A stretch of 63,911 nt of DNA, counting the filler, from Collodictyon triciliatum (taxonomy: Eukaryota): the NCBI GenBank assembly GCA_043381765.1. It is 22 parts of 22 records of this genome, joined end to end, with 100 filler letters (N's around TTAATTAATTAA, not from the genome) between each part and the next. Parts side by side here need not be neighbours in the genome. Positions count along the whole stretch, not along the records: positions 1 to 2,857 come from JBHJMP010008174.1; positions 2,958 to 5,814 come from JBHJMP010008175.1; positions 5,915 to 8,772 come from JBHJMP010008176.1; positions 8,873 to 11,730 come from JBHJMP010008177.1; positions 11,831 to 14,687 come from JBHJMP010008178.1; 17 more parts are not named here. One strand, written 5' to 3'. Shown one piece after another: positions 1 to 12,084 of the stretch. Under the pieces are notes generated by a model that saw only the letters and a program-made list of their open reading frames with translations, was not told the origin of the DNA and did not search any database. The first letter of the stretch is position 1. The number at the start of each line of letters is the position of its first letter. The position numbers and the translations under genes were made by a program.

Positions 1-185
1 TGTTATTGTTTTTTTGTTATTGTTTTTTTGTTATTGTTTTTTTGTTATTGTTTTTTGTTATTGTTTTTTGTTATTGTTTTTTGTTATTGTTTTTTGTTAT
101 TGTTTTTTGTTTTTGTTTTTGTTTTTGTTTTTGTTTTTGTTTTTGTTTTTGTTTTTGTTTTTGTTCTGGTCATGAACAAAATCTA

Positions 186-2537
186 CCAAACTGCCTTTTG
201 TGCTGGGTAGGGAGAGATTCGACCTTAAAAATAACACGCGTCAGCGATAATAAAGATACGTTTTTGTGGTTTTTCTCAGATAACTCAGAAGAAAAAAGTG
301 TGCTCGCAGTATCCCACTTGTTTATTTGTTAAGTTGTAAGTTAGCACGGCTTTTCAACAAAGTATAGGAGAAAAGAGGAAAACGGCATTATTACCCAAGA
401 AACTTAGAAGGCTCTTTTTGAACGGAGTTTGCTGATAGCCCAGTTTCTAGATAATTAGAGTAAAATAAATAAGGTGAACAGTATTTGGTTTCTTATTATA
501 TGGAATCGTAAATTATTTTTTTATTTATTAGATGAAATTGTAAACTAAATATTCTTCTAAACAAAGTGAGTATTGGGGTTGTGAGTGTACATAGGTAAAT
601 CCTTACTGGAGGACTCCGTATCGTACAGGGATTGGAATTTCTTTGAAGGCTCGGGTTCCTAGATATATGGTTTTTGAGTTTTCCTAATATGATTTTCCAA
701 ACAGAGAAGCACGCTATATTTCCAAAGGCGAATATATGTAATGTGATGGAGCGATGATTTATCACAATTACGAGAGGGTATGAAATGCTTGCCGTTACTT
801 GTTCTTTCTTCCCTTGGCTCTGGTTGAAATTATCGTATCCTTGTGCTAACCCTGTATTTATTGAACGTGAGAAATTACTCGATGAACAGAGTAAATCAAT
901 TCAGTAATAAATATTGGTTAAAGCATGCCTGATCCTTTGTTTCCTTGTGGAATACTGTTTGCACGAGCATCTCCGCTGTCCCACAATTTGGTTCCATCAA
1001 ACTTTGAGGAAATGCCTGTAGTTGCCTACACGAAGTAATTATATCATACAAGGGATTATATACTGTGAAGTAGGACATACGTGTGTGTAACCTAGAATGT
1101 ATCTGAATATAGATAGATTTCCATGTGAGATGTAGTTTATGTCTTGTTGTTGTGTTCCCACGATTCAAAGTCAAGTGGTATTTATATTACATCGCTCTAT
1201 ATTGATATAGAATGATGAACCTGTGGCAAAGCGGTGGATGTGGCGGAGCCTCTTGAGGAGAGCAATTCAACTATGAGAGAATTTTCAGACGTTGGAGCAT
1301 GTGGAGGGAGGTTCAGAGACGAAGATATCGCCTCTCTTTTTGGGATGGAAGAAGAGTCCTGTTTAAGACATGCAGGATTTAAGCAAAAAGCCTAGGTATT
1401 AGTACTTGTGACAAATTGTCATGATATATTAGCCTTATGTTTATTTCCAAACTCGTTCCATCGCGGAATGAGATAAACGTTGAATCGAGTAAAAGGTTTA
1501 AAGTTGTGGATTAAAATGAATTGAAAACAGAAACTATAATATTTCTAAAGGATGCATCAATATTTTGCATTCACTATGAGAAAATGAATTATTGGATTTA
1601 AACATATAAAGGCATTACGATGTTTGCTTCCGATAGAAATACTGATAGTGTATTTGTCAGCTCGTATCTCTGGAGGAAGTCGATGAATAAATCGACAGAG
1701 TATTTCACTAGCATAACATAATTTATTTTTTTAGATAATCTAGAAAAATAACCTCTTCGAGCAAGTCTAAATTAGATGGTTCTGAGAGACAGCAAGAATA
1801 ATGTAAATTGATAAATAAATGATATTTTCTTTGTATAAATGTTTTGTTTTTTATTCCTTATGAAGATTCTTTTCTCGCTACACAGAAAATGAACTCTCCT
1901 TTTCTTTTTCAAGGTATTATTAAGCCTCCCAATGATTTTAAAACACGAGTTGGGAAGTTCATCTAGTGCATATCATGAGGGTTTTTCATCTGAATAAATT
2001 ATTCACCATTTGGATTTTTAGTTAGGTTGGCAATCTTGGGATTTTCGAGATGAACATTTCCACGCTTTCGCTCTTGTTCTTGGATGGCAGATACCACACT
2101 TGCTTTTACATCGGCCTAGTAAAGTAAAGCAGGTATTTTAGGAATTAAATGTATGGTTTACATCAGCACTATCACTTGATTTGAAGACATATTTAGTATG
2201 CTAAATCCATAACTCAGTTCAACGGGTAAGTGTAGAGTGATATTTTGATGGATTGTGACAACAAAACAAAGATAAAAAAATAAAAAAAAGGGGGTAAAAG
2301 TCCGTAATAATAAAGAGTTTGTTTAGTGTGATTCATGGCTTGGAATTTTCTCGTAATGTAGAGATAGACATCTAGATAGTGGAAAATAGAATGAAAGGCA
2401 ATGAAAGGCAATGAAAGGCAGACTCTGAGACGGGCCATAACCCCTTTCTTCTCCAAAACTTGAGTGACTAGACGCTTCAGTTCGTCCACATCCTCCATGT
2501 CATCGGCAGAGGCTCTTGAAGATGATCCCAGATTCAT
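186..2537 (-). CDS. CEP43: Multi-exon LisH/FOP-dimerisation centrosomal protein (CEP43/FGFR1OP-like); 3' exons approximate
   Basis: GT-AG spliced exons read DELKRLVTQVLEKKGVMARLR|ADVKASVVSAIQEQE...|VKYSVDLFIDFLQRYELTNTLSVFLSEANI|DSSSIPKREAISSSLNLP...IVELL. This matches the FOP/FOPNL N-terminus, and further low-complexity exons follow. Confidence 0.7.
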
Positions 2538-2857
2538 TCAATAGATCTTTGGTTGTTGGTTTGAGTTTTGGTCCCTGTAAGATATGGTGATGTTTAATTT
2601 TTTTTTCGCATAAGTAAATCCAGGCTTTAAATACGTAAGGTATATCCAGCTTTGGAATTGCATACCAAGCGAGCGAAAGTGAATATTTTAAAATAATAAT
2701 ATTATTTAGGAAGTAAGTCTTGGCCGTAATTATTTCGGCTGTAAGTTTTTGTTTTTTATGTTGTTTTTTGTTGTTGTTTTTTGTTGTTGTTTTTTGTTGT
2801 TGTTTTTTGTTGTTGTTTTTTGTTGTTGTTTTTTGTTGTTGTTTTTTGTTGTTGTTT

Positions 2858-2957
2858 NNNNNNNNNNNNNNNNNNNNNNNNNNNNNNNNNNNNNNNNNNN
2901 NTTAATTAATTAANNNNNNNNNNNNNNNNNNNNNNNNNNNNNNNNNNNNNNNNNNNN
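2858..2957. other. Artificial contig-joining spacer (N44-TTAATTAATTAA-N44); first of 21, recurring every ~2.95 kb
   Basis: Identical stop-in-all-frames 12-mer between N runs at 2902, 5859, 8817, 11775, 14732, 17690, 20647, 23604, 26560, 29515, 32470, 35425, 38379, 41332, 44285, 47236, 50189, 53142, 56094, 59048, 61998. Contig lengths drift from ~2858 to ~2850. Confidence 0.98.
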
Positions 2958-3282
2958 GGTGCGGGAAGGCTACTGTGTATCCTTGGGGTTGATCGTACAG
3001 TTGCATGATCACGTTCTCCTCGTAGCACTTGAGTTGTTTAAGGACTTGGGCGAGTTCTTTCTTCGCTTGGTTGCGGGCTTCTTGGTTCTGGGGCAGTTTG
3101 TGCTTACCTCGAAGGCGGACGTAGCAGCCGGCTCCGTACAGGTTCAGCTCCTGGGCTCTCTTTGATCGGCGGATCGGTGTGGCCGAGGGGCCTTGGTCGA
3201 GTTGTGTCCTCGATTCTCGTGCGTTCGAGTGTGTTTGTCTCAGGCTTTCGCTTTCGACCTCCACCCTCGAGTCGGGCTCCAT
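2958..3282 (-). CDS. Intronless GC-richer ORF truncated by the contig end; unknown, possibly a retroelement ORF1
   Basis: Open ~108 aa running into a contig end that has no microsatellite. No diagnostic motif recognised. Confidence 0.3.
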
Positions 3283-4544
3283 GAGTTGTTCCCGACGAGA
3301 TCGAAGAGATCGATGGTTGAATGAATGAAACTAGACGAGATCGAAGAGCTGGAGTGTACCAAAGAGTAGACATCGAGCTTCATGCAATGCTGGAGACGAT
3401 AGGAGTTGTCAATTTGTTCGACATAGTGATGAGTGGCTGGGAAAAGAAATACGGTTTTGCGATACATATAAAATAGAATTTTTATATGATTTTATTGAAT
3501 TTACGTAATGCAATTTTAGGAAAAGATATTGTTTGTCTGTCCATCAGTGTCCTTTATGTGTCGCGCATCGGTCTTGATGAAAACGAGCTGGATAAATGAA
3601 TGGAGCATCTACTTAACCAAATTCACATGCAAATCGACCATGCAACCTGGCATATCGTTTCCTGTCATATTATTTATATTTATCACTTTTGATAAATCGT
3701 ATTTTTTATTTTAGGAAATCACTTCTTTTTGTCTTGCTGGATTTGCTCTTTGTGAGGAACGGGAGGTGATATGTGTATTTATAATTTTTCAATGGTCATT
3801 ATTGCTTATCACAATGTTTTATCTTATCTTAGATACGCATTCTCTCTCCAGTTTTTGGCACAATCCATCAAAGAGCGATACTTTAAGGATGAAGCATACA
3901 CAACAAGTGAAGCACGTGAATATGGATTGTGGCCGCTGGACCAATACAGCTCTGGCACTGAAGACAAGGGTGTTGTTGCCGAAATATGCCACAATATGAG
4001 GATTTCGAGTGAATGCGATTAACTCGTGGATTTTATGAAGAATGAAAAAGTTGGTGGATTTTATTTTTATCATTGCGACATGTGTTGTTATATAGTTTTT
4101 AGGTTTTTTTGAGCATACTGGATGGCAACTATTGCTTCGAGTTTTATGAATGCTGGAGAGCGTTGAATAAGAAGGGATATGACCACAAAGTTGTATATCG
4201 TGAGTTGGCCAAGGTGATAAAACTCAATTACATATATCAATATTTAATTTATTATTATGGGTACAACAACAACTGAATCCTGCTGGGTCTGCACTGGTTG
4301 AATACTTTTCAGAAAATCCAAGAGAATACCTTTTTGGTTCCGATTCTTTTGCACCGCATTTCTGTTGAGACAGATGAAGGTTTGGTCATTTGTTTTGGAT
4401 TTTTGTGACTGTGTTACTGCTGTTGGTTTATCTATATTAGGTTCAAATAGTAGAAATATGAATATCTTGGTAATTGTTTATCGTCAACTTGGAAAATATT
4501 TTTTATTCGATTATGTGCATTTTGTCTTTCATTAAAACATTATT

Positions 4545-4804
4545 TAGTAAACATGACAAAGCCCTGGAATACTACCAAAAATCATTGAAAATTGCAATGA
4601 AAGTGTTAGGAGAAAGCCATTTTGATGTTTCCAATTCATTTAATAACATTGGGCCGTTTACGATGAACTCGGAAATACCAAGCGGCTCTGGACATGTACC
4701 AAAAAGCCAACATGATTTTCAAGACTGTCTATGGTGCAGATCATCCCCACACCAAAGATACAGAAGAGCAAATGATGAATGCGCAGAAGAAGCTGACCCA
4801 ATAA
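4545..4804 (+). pseudogene. TPR-repeat (TPR_12 / nephrocystin-3 / kinesin light chain type) C-terminal fragment with two frameshifts
   Basis: KHDKALEYYQKSLKIAMKVLGESHFDVSNSFNNIG, then after two 1-nt shifts AVYDELG / YQAALDMYQKANMIFKTVYGADHPHTK...KKLTQ*. Confidence 0.7.
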
Positions 4805-6678
4805 GTGGCTCGTCTGTCACCAATCCGTCTAAACAATCCATTCATCCATCTCCATACACTCTCCTTTCCGCAAAAGCAACTGCATGTGAGCACTGCCACA
4901 ATGACCGCCAAACCGAAAGGCTGCATATGATAGCTAGCTTGTTTGCAGGGGCTGGATGAAAATAATAAAAATAATCAACCAATCTTTACCAGCTGATGTC
5001 GATAAGCGTGACACATATCCTGTTTGTTTGCTAATCGATGTTGAGTATGTGTCACATGCTAAGTGGATGATTATGTGTTGATTGTCTATTTTCTAATGAG
5101 ACTGTATGCTTTCATTTGATTTTTCATATTTTTTCGCTTGGTTACAAGTCGCAATGTTAGCTTCATGAACACAATATTTTCTTTTCCTATTTGCGCATGA
5201 CGAGGGCTTTAATATTAGATGCACTACTTTATGTGCCTTTACTCTGTCTTATATTTTTCATTCATCGACTTGAAAGCTGTGCGTATCCTTACTGATTGCA
5301 TTATTGTCTGTTAAATCTGCAGTTTTTGTTCTTCGATTAAACGGCAGAGTGTTTTGTTGTTTTGTATATGAGTTAATGCCACGGTGGCATTGGTTTTGTT
5401 TATTGTTTAAGATTCACCTGCTGACTGCAATTCTTTTTTTCTTTTTCTTTAATCTTTTCTTCTCTCATTACAATCCTTTCAATTTGTGCGACATGCTTAA
5501 GGATTTGACTTCGAATCATTGGTCATCTTTTGCATGAACCGTACTGGCTGCTGTTTGACTGGAGAAGTTGATTGTAATCAAGAATTATGTACTGTGCATT
5601 GGCCTGTAGGTGAGGTCTTGTGCTTGCATGAGAAAGGTAAGGCCATATTTATCTTTTTAATTGGTTTTATTTTGTGTGGATAATCTTTCTATGCTAGGTT
5701 TCTACAGAAGCTTTGCATCATGTGTATGTATCCCTGGAGAAATAAGCATGGTTGTCTAATCTCACTTTGTAGTGTATATCTCTACTAAATCTCAGAGTGT
5801 AGTGTACAGCCAGCNNNNNNNNNNNNNNNNNNNNNNNNNNNNNNNNNNNNNNNNNNNNTTAATTAATTAANNNNNNNNNNNNNNNNNNNNNNNNNNNNNN
5901 NNNNNNNNNNNNNNTTTATTTTTTATTTTTTATTTTTTATTTTTTATTTTTTATTTTTTATTTTTTATTTTTTATTTTTTATTTTTTATTTTTTATTTTT
6001 TCTTCAGTGCCCGTAATCATGCTTCGGTTGTTTCCCATCACTCACTGATCACACACTCTTGGCTGCTGTGTCTTTTTCTTTTATCCATTCATCAGATATT
6101 CGTAACCTTTGTCTAGAACTTGGGGCAATGCCAAGCATAGCAGGTTGCAGTTGGGTTTCAGCGCGCACTCTGTGCAGTTTCCTGACCAAGACAGAGCAGC
6201 CCAGGATTTTGCGTGAGCTGATTCTCGACAGCCAAGCACGATCGGGCTGGTTTAAATTTTTGAACGATTTGTCTGAAAATCATTTCTGGAAAATATGATA
6301 CAATCACCAAAATTTGAAGAATTTTTTTATTTCTCAGCTAAGGATATAATTTATAAGGTACTAGCAGCTGTTCATTAAGGGGCACTGATTAGTGATCTGC
6401 ACCTTAATGGCGATGACTGTGAAAGGTAGCGATGGGACACACATGAGGAAATGGGTAATGTATGGCCTAAAAAAAGAGTAGAGACATGTAAGCTGCTTGG
6501 ACAACAAGGATAGCAAAGCTCACCCAAGAATCCACCAACAAGATATCGAGAATAGCCATAATATCCTACGTCTACGTTTAGGAAAGGCATTTGAATGTAT
6601 TTAAAAAAAAAAAAAAGAAGCTATTGATCTAAGAGGTTTGAAAAGGTAATCCTATTTATCTATAGACTAGAAGGGGAA

Positions 6679-6800
6679 TACCATCTTTCGATTGATAAAC
6701 CTGGTGCGCTAGTATCCAAGGTCTCACCACTTGTCTCACAAAGGTTGTGTAGTGGTGAAGGCTGCCAGGAAAGACCCGACAGCCTGTTTTAAAGGAAGGT
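6679..6800 (-). ncRNA. Putative Fanzor omegaRNA scaffold
   Basis: Four abutting hairpins directly 3' of the Fanzor ORF on its strand. 6785-6759 is an 11-bp stem with two G-U pairs that form only on the minus strand. 6758-6724 is an 8-bp plus 5-bp stem, 6722-6699 is a bulged stem, and 6697-6679 is a GAAA tetraloop hairpin. Confidence 0.6.
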
Positions 6801-8720
6801 GTATGCATTTTTTGAAGGATTAAAACAACTTTTCTGAGTATATTTTTTGAGCGCTGTTAAAGTCCCTTGTCAAGAATACACTCAGTTTGTTTTCTAAGCG
6901 ATTGCATTCTTTCCATATGAGACATCTATACAACCTTTTTTTGAGTTTCCTTTCAGTGTCATATATTCCAGTTCTCTTTCGCAGATACAGCACATCTTGG
7001 AGGTTCTAAATTAATCCACACTAACTGTTTCAAACCGTTTGGATAGTATTTTTCGTAATCCTCTTCCGATTGTTGGCGTTAAATGTTTCATCGGAGATTT
7101 TCTGCTCCAGTCTCCATACGCCAGTACAACATCCTTGCCAAATCTCTTTTCGATTTGGTCCATAAACAACAGTTCACTTCTTTTTTGTATTTACACACTG
7201 TCTCCATCTCATCTTTCGAAAAGTTACTTGTTTATAAAATCTGGATAGTTCTATCTGGTATCTTGATTTCATAGATACATATCCTCGAAATTTTTCATAA
7301 TCGACCGTGCATGAATTATGTTAACTCAGTCCTGTCTCTAAATCGATTAAAGATACTCTTGATGTCTCAAACCGCTGATTCTCTTCAAAAGTCATGGCAC
7401 CAAAAGAAACAGCACTTTGAAAATCTGTTACCGTGCATATCCCTAAAGTATTGTATTTTTTTTCTTTCTCGTGCAAGAGTATTTTGTGATTTTTAAGAGA
7501 TTTGCTATCATGTCTTCTTTGGTGTGCCGTGTAAAGTAATGTCTCACCTTTCTCATCCACCATGTAAACAAAATTAAAATTGCCTGTGTCCTTTCGCTAC
7601 TCTGACCGCAAGCGAAGAGAGATGTGTGAATGTGTCGTACGATATATCCCACAGCATATCCAACCCCTGCTACCCACGCAACCAATCAACCAGTTGGACG
7701 CCCACCTGACCAACTCGCTATCACTGATATCTTTTCAGTGCTACCCTCTCCACGGTAGTGTCTTCTCCTACTCTCGTTTGCTCTCTCCCATGCGCTCCCA
7801 TCCCGCCCCCTTGTATGGCATAACCTCGCTACACTTTGAATCGAATAAAGGGGAAAAAATTGCCTGCTTCCACTCAAACTATTTTTTTTCGCTAATGAAG
7901 ATAGCTGCTCTTCGGAAAGCTCATCTATATAAACATATTCTTGGGGTTTTTTGTTTAAATTAGATTTTGAATTTGAAATACCTTTCTTTTCAAACAATAG
8001 TGACACCGCCAAGCCGTTTGTTTGTATCATGTATTTAAAGTTGTAGTCTGTTTGATGAAAACTCCTCTTCTTCATTTCAAAGAAGTTCATCCCATAAGGT
8101 CTCTTTGCATCCTGATATATTCTTCAGTAATAATGCTTTTCCAAATAATACTAATAGAAAAAACAAACATGCAGTATCTAGGGTAATGCGACATGGTATA
8201 TTGTTAGTTCTTACAGAGATTGGTTGAAGCAGTTTGGGTTTGATGTCCTCAAAAATGCGATTCATGTAAATCAGACATGCAATATACTTATTTGGATTGG
8301 CTTTGACGTCAAATTCGATACCTTTTACAACATCGCTGGGAATGACATGATACAAATGTATTCTAGCCCATTATTTGTTTTGTTCCGGTATTTCGAGTTT
8401 TTTTGAAGATGGATTTTTTAACTTTCGTAACTCTGCCTTTTTAACAGCTTCCGTCACATTCTCACCTTTAGGAACTGTTTGATTTATAAAGCGCAGTAAC
8501 CTCTCTACAAAATGTTCCTTAATGTTACCTTGATAGGCTGTTAACATCTGCTTCGCCAAACACGGTAATACATGAGACAGTCCAATCAATAGAAAGCGTT
8601 CTTGGGATAAAAGGAATCGAAAATCATAGAGATAAAAAGTCATCATGTCGTCTCTCATATCTGATCTTTTAATCTTACAGGTCTATCTTGTGAAACTATT
8701 CCGACTGTCTTTAAAGCGTA

Positions 8721-8722
<2 letters not shown>
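6790..8722 (-). pseudogene. Fanzor1-like (eukaryotic TnpB) RNA-guided endonuclease, intronless, degraded, 5' end cut by the contig end
   Basis: Ordered motifs across frameshifts: NIKEHFVERLLRFIN; FDVKANPNKY...LLQPISVRTNNIPCRITLDTACL; MIQTNGLAVSLLF; YIDEL; RuvC-I IV*VEAGNFNFVYMVDE...YTAHQRRHDSK; TVDYEKF...FYKQVTFRKMRWRQ; VVLAYGDWSRKSPMKHLTPTIGRGLRKIL; VD*FRTSKMCCIC; RuvC-III TRDFNSA. Confidence 0.88.
7587..7855 (+). mobile_element. 5'-truncated non-LTR retroelement copy (~270 bp) inserted in the Fanzor gene
   Basis: TSD AAAATTGCCTG at 7576-7586 and 7856-7866; 3' end ...CTCGCTACACTTTGAATCGAATAAAGGGGAAAAAA; TT|AAAA target. Removing it rejoins VEAG-NF-NFVYMVDE. Confidence 0.85.
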
Positions 8723-8772
<50 letters not shown>

Positions 8773-8872
8773 NNNNNNNNNNNNNNNNNNNNNNNNNNNN
8801 NNNNNNNNNNNNNNNNTTAATTAATTAANNNNNNNNNNNNNNNNNNNNNNNNNNNNNNNNNNNNNNNNNNNN

Positions 8873-11453
8873 GGTGAGCAAAACGCGATGACCCATCTTT
8901 TCTGACTTTGAGTTTTGTAACAAAGTAAATGTGTTTTTTTCAGAAAAGGTAATATTTTTAATCGAATGATTAAAATTGTCAAAATATGACGGACTTTTGC
9001 AAATACCAGGAAAGCATAAAGAATATCCTTCCGAATCAAATTCTTTTTTGCAGTTAATACAAGATTTAATCCCGTAAGAACCAAAATTTGGAGCAAAGGT
9101 GCCTTTTGGACAGGCATGGAATGATTTTAAATCTTTTGTTACACCTTCTTTTTGATAGAAACCTGGTGGACATAAGCTGCAAGATGCGCTTCTTTCTGAG
9201 CTGTAGCTTCCATTTGCACATTCAATGCATGATGATTGATTATATGAGCCAGTTTTATTGTTGAATGTACCAGCTGGACATGATGTGCATGATGCTTGAC
9301 CATCTCTATCATTCCAAGTACCTTTTGAACACTCAATACATGATTTGTTTCCATATGAGCCGGAGTTTGAGTTGAATGTGCCTTTTGGACAAGCATAGCA
9401 TGATTGCGAGTTTTTTGTGACACCTTCTTTTTGATATAATCCTGATAGGCATAAGCTGCATGATGAGCTCCTTTCCGAGCTGTAGCTTCCATTTGGACAT
9501 GAAATACATGATGATGCATTAAATGAGCCAGTTTTATTGTTGAATGTACCAGCTGGGCATGATAAACATTCATCTCTTTGTTCATTAACATACGTTCCTT
9601 TCGGACACTCAACGCATGACTCCTGGCTTGTTGAACCAAATCGTGGATTGTATGTTCCATCAGTACAATTGGTGCACCCACTCTGACCAGAAATTGGATT
9701 GTAAGAACCGGGTTGACAAAGCTCGCATGTTGATTCACCTGATTTTGATGAATATCTTCCTTTTGGACACGATTGACAGCTGCTTATGCTGGTTGACGCA
9801 ACATTTGGATTAAAAGTCCCGGCTGGACATTTTTCGCAATATTTCCCTCTTGTCAAATTCGAATACGTTCCTGGGCCGCATGGTGTGCAAAATGTTCTTC
9901 CTGATTCTTGATTGTAGAAACCTAATGGACAGTCAAAACATGATGTCTGTCCTCGTATATTAGTGTATGTCCCTGGTTCGCAATTAGGGCATGATATCTG
10001 ACCAGTTTTGTTGTTGTACTTTCCTTCTTGGCAAAAAATGCAGGTGCTAACACTTGTAGAACCAGTTGATGGGTTGTATGTTCCAGCTATACATGAAAGA
10101 CAAGTTGTTTGACCAAGAGATGGATTGTATGTTCCAGCTGCACATGAAAGACAGGAACCAACACTCGTAGAACCGTTTAATGGGTTGTATGTTCCAGCTA
10201 CACATGAAAGACAGGCACCAACACTTGTGGAACCAGTAGATGGATTGTATGTGCCAGATGCACATGAAAGACAGGCACCAACACTTGTAGAACCAGTAGA
10301 TGGATTGAATGTACCAGCAGGACATGAAGAACAAGATGACATTCCTGTAGCACTATAGCTTCCAGAAGGGCATAGTTGACAGGACTTTGAAAATGTATCA
10401 TAAAACTGACCAGCGACACAAAGTCCCCAGATTTTGATTGTTTTATCCTCACCTCCAGAAAAAATTTTTGAGCCATCAGGAGTGACAGTAACACTACGAA
10501 TCCAATTTGTATGAGAAGTCAATGTGCGAATCAAAGCTCCATCAGAAAGATTCCATATTTTTATTGTATAATCACCACTTCCAGAAACAATTTTTGAGCC
10601 ATCAGGAGTAACAGCAACACTGAGAACCGAATTAGTATGACCAGTCAATGTACGAATCAAAGCTCCATCAGAAAGATTCCAGATTTTGACTGTGTTATCC
10701 CAGCTTCCAGAAACAATTTTTGAACCATCAGAAGTAACAACCACACTCCGAACAGAATTAGTATGACCAGTCAATGTACGAATCAAAGCTCCATTGGAAA
10801 GATTCCAAATTTTGATTGTTCTGTCACCACTTCCAGAAACGATTTTTGAGCCATCAGGAGTAACAGCAACACTCCAAACAATATTAGTATGACCATTCAA
10901 TGTGTGAATCAAAGCTCCATCAGAAAGATTCCAAATTTTGATTGTTTTATCTTCACTTCCAGAAACAATTTTTGAGCCATCAGGAGTAACAGCAACACTG
11001 TCAACTCGGCTGATATGACCAGTCAATGTGCGAATCAAAGCTCCATCAGAAAAATTCCAGATTTTGACTGCTTTATCATGGCTTCCAGAAACAATTTTTG
11101 AGCCATCAGGAGTAACAGCAACAATGAAAACCATATTAGTATGACCAGTCAATGTGCGAATCAAAGCTCCATCAGAGAGATTCCAAATTTTGACTGTCCA
11201 ATCAAGACTTCCAGAAACAATTTTTGAGCCATCAGGATTAACGGCTACACTGCGAACACTGCTAATATGTCCAGTCAATGTGCGAATCAAATCATCTTGC
11301 CCTTCAACAAGGCACAATTGGGAGTGGAGCATCAATCCTGAAATATATTAATTAAAATTCTATGTAATTTGAAGTCAATAAAATTAAAACAATTAAAATT
11401 TATAACTCACCCAGAAGCAACAGAGCTGCAAACGACTTTGAGTTCAATCTCAT
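8873..11453 (-). CDS. Signal peptide + 7 WD40 repeats + Cys-rich (GCC2_GCC3 / ephrin-receptor-like) repeats; secreted or surface protein, 3' incomplete
   Basis: Exon 1 at 11453-11411 (MRLNSKSFAALLLL), then a GT-AG intron at 11410-11338, joins in frame to the long ORF (GLMLHSQLCLVEG-QDD...). Seven 42-aa GH...W[NG] repeats are followed by ~17 CxxCPxGT[YF]N-type units. Confidence 0.9.
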
Positions 11454-11830
11454 TCTAAACTAATGTGATGAGTGTTACAAGATTTATACAAAATTTTATA
11501 AAAGTGTAATACCCAATCAAGACATTTACTTAAATATCTCATATCGAATCATTCTGCTAAAATTTTAATTGATTGATTCAGAAATAGATAGATAGATAGA
11601 TAGATAGATTATATACACAAAAATTCAATAATACTTATATAATAAAATCTCTCAAAATATGAATACTAATATTTATATCCATTGATAAACATGAATATTT
11701 TATTACATGATATAGTGACTTAATCAGTTGNNNNNNNNNNNNNNNNNNNNNNNNNNNNNNNNNNNNNNNNNNNNTTAATTAATTAANNNNNNNNNNNNNN
11801 NNNNNNNNNNNNNNNNNNNNNNNNNNNNNN

Positions 11831-11911
<81 letters not shown>

Positions 11912-12084
11912 AAAAAAAAACCAAAAAAAACCAAAAAAAACCAAAAAAAACCAAAAAAACCAAAAAAAACCAAAAAAACCATAAAAAACCATAAAAAACC
12001 ATATAGAAATTCAATTTACTCATGATTTTGTTTGCAAACTTTTGTGACGCCAGAATAAAAATAAGCAGGATGAATAGCTCAATA

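Noticed and set aside
1-165. Low-complexity ORFs at contig ends (poly-F/C/V, RE, NKT, SL, poly-I/D/M)
   Set aside because: These are translations of microsatellites where the assembly broke, or of intronic SSRs such as 35752-35833 and 43147-43228.
7011-7880. Stop-codon reassignment (TAA/TGA at conserved Fanzor positions; also TAA at 21658)
   Set aside because: The same genes also carry frameshifts, and intact genes end in TAA (NDK, CAMKK-like) or TGA (TBC). Pseudogenisation explains the stops.
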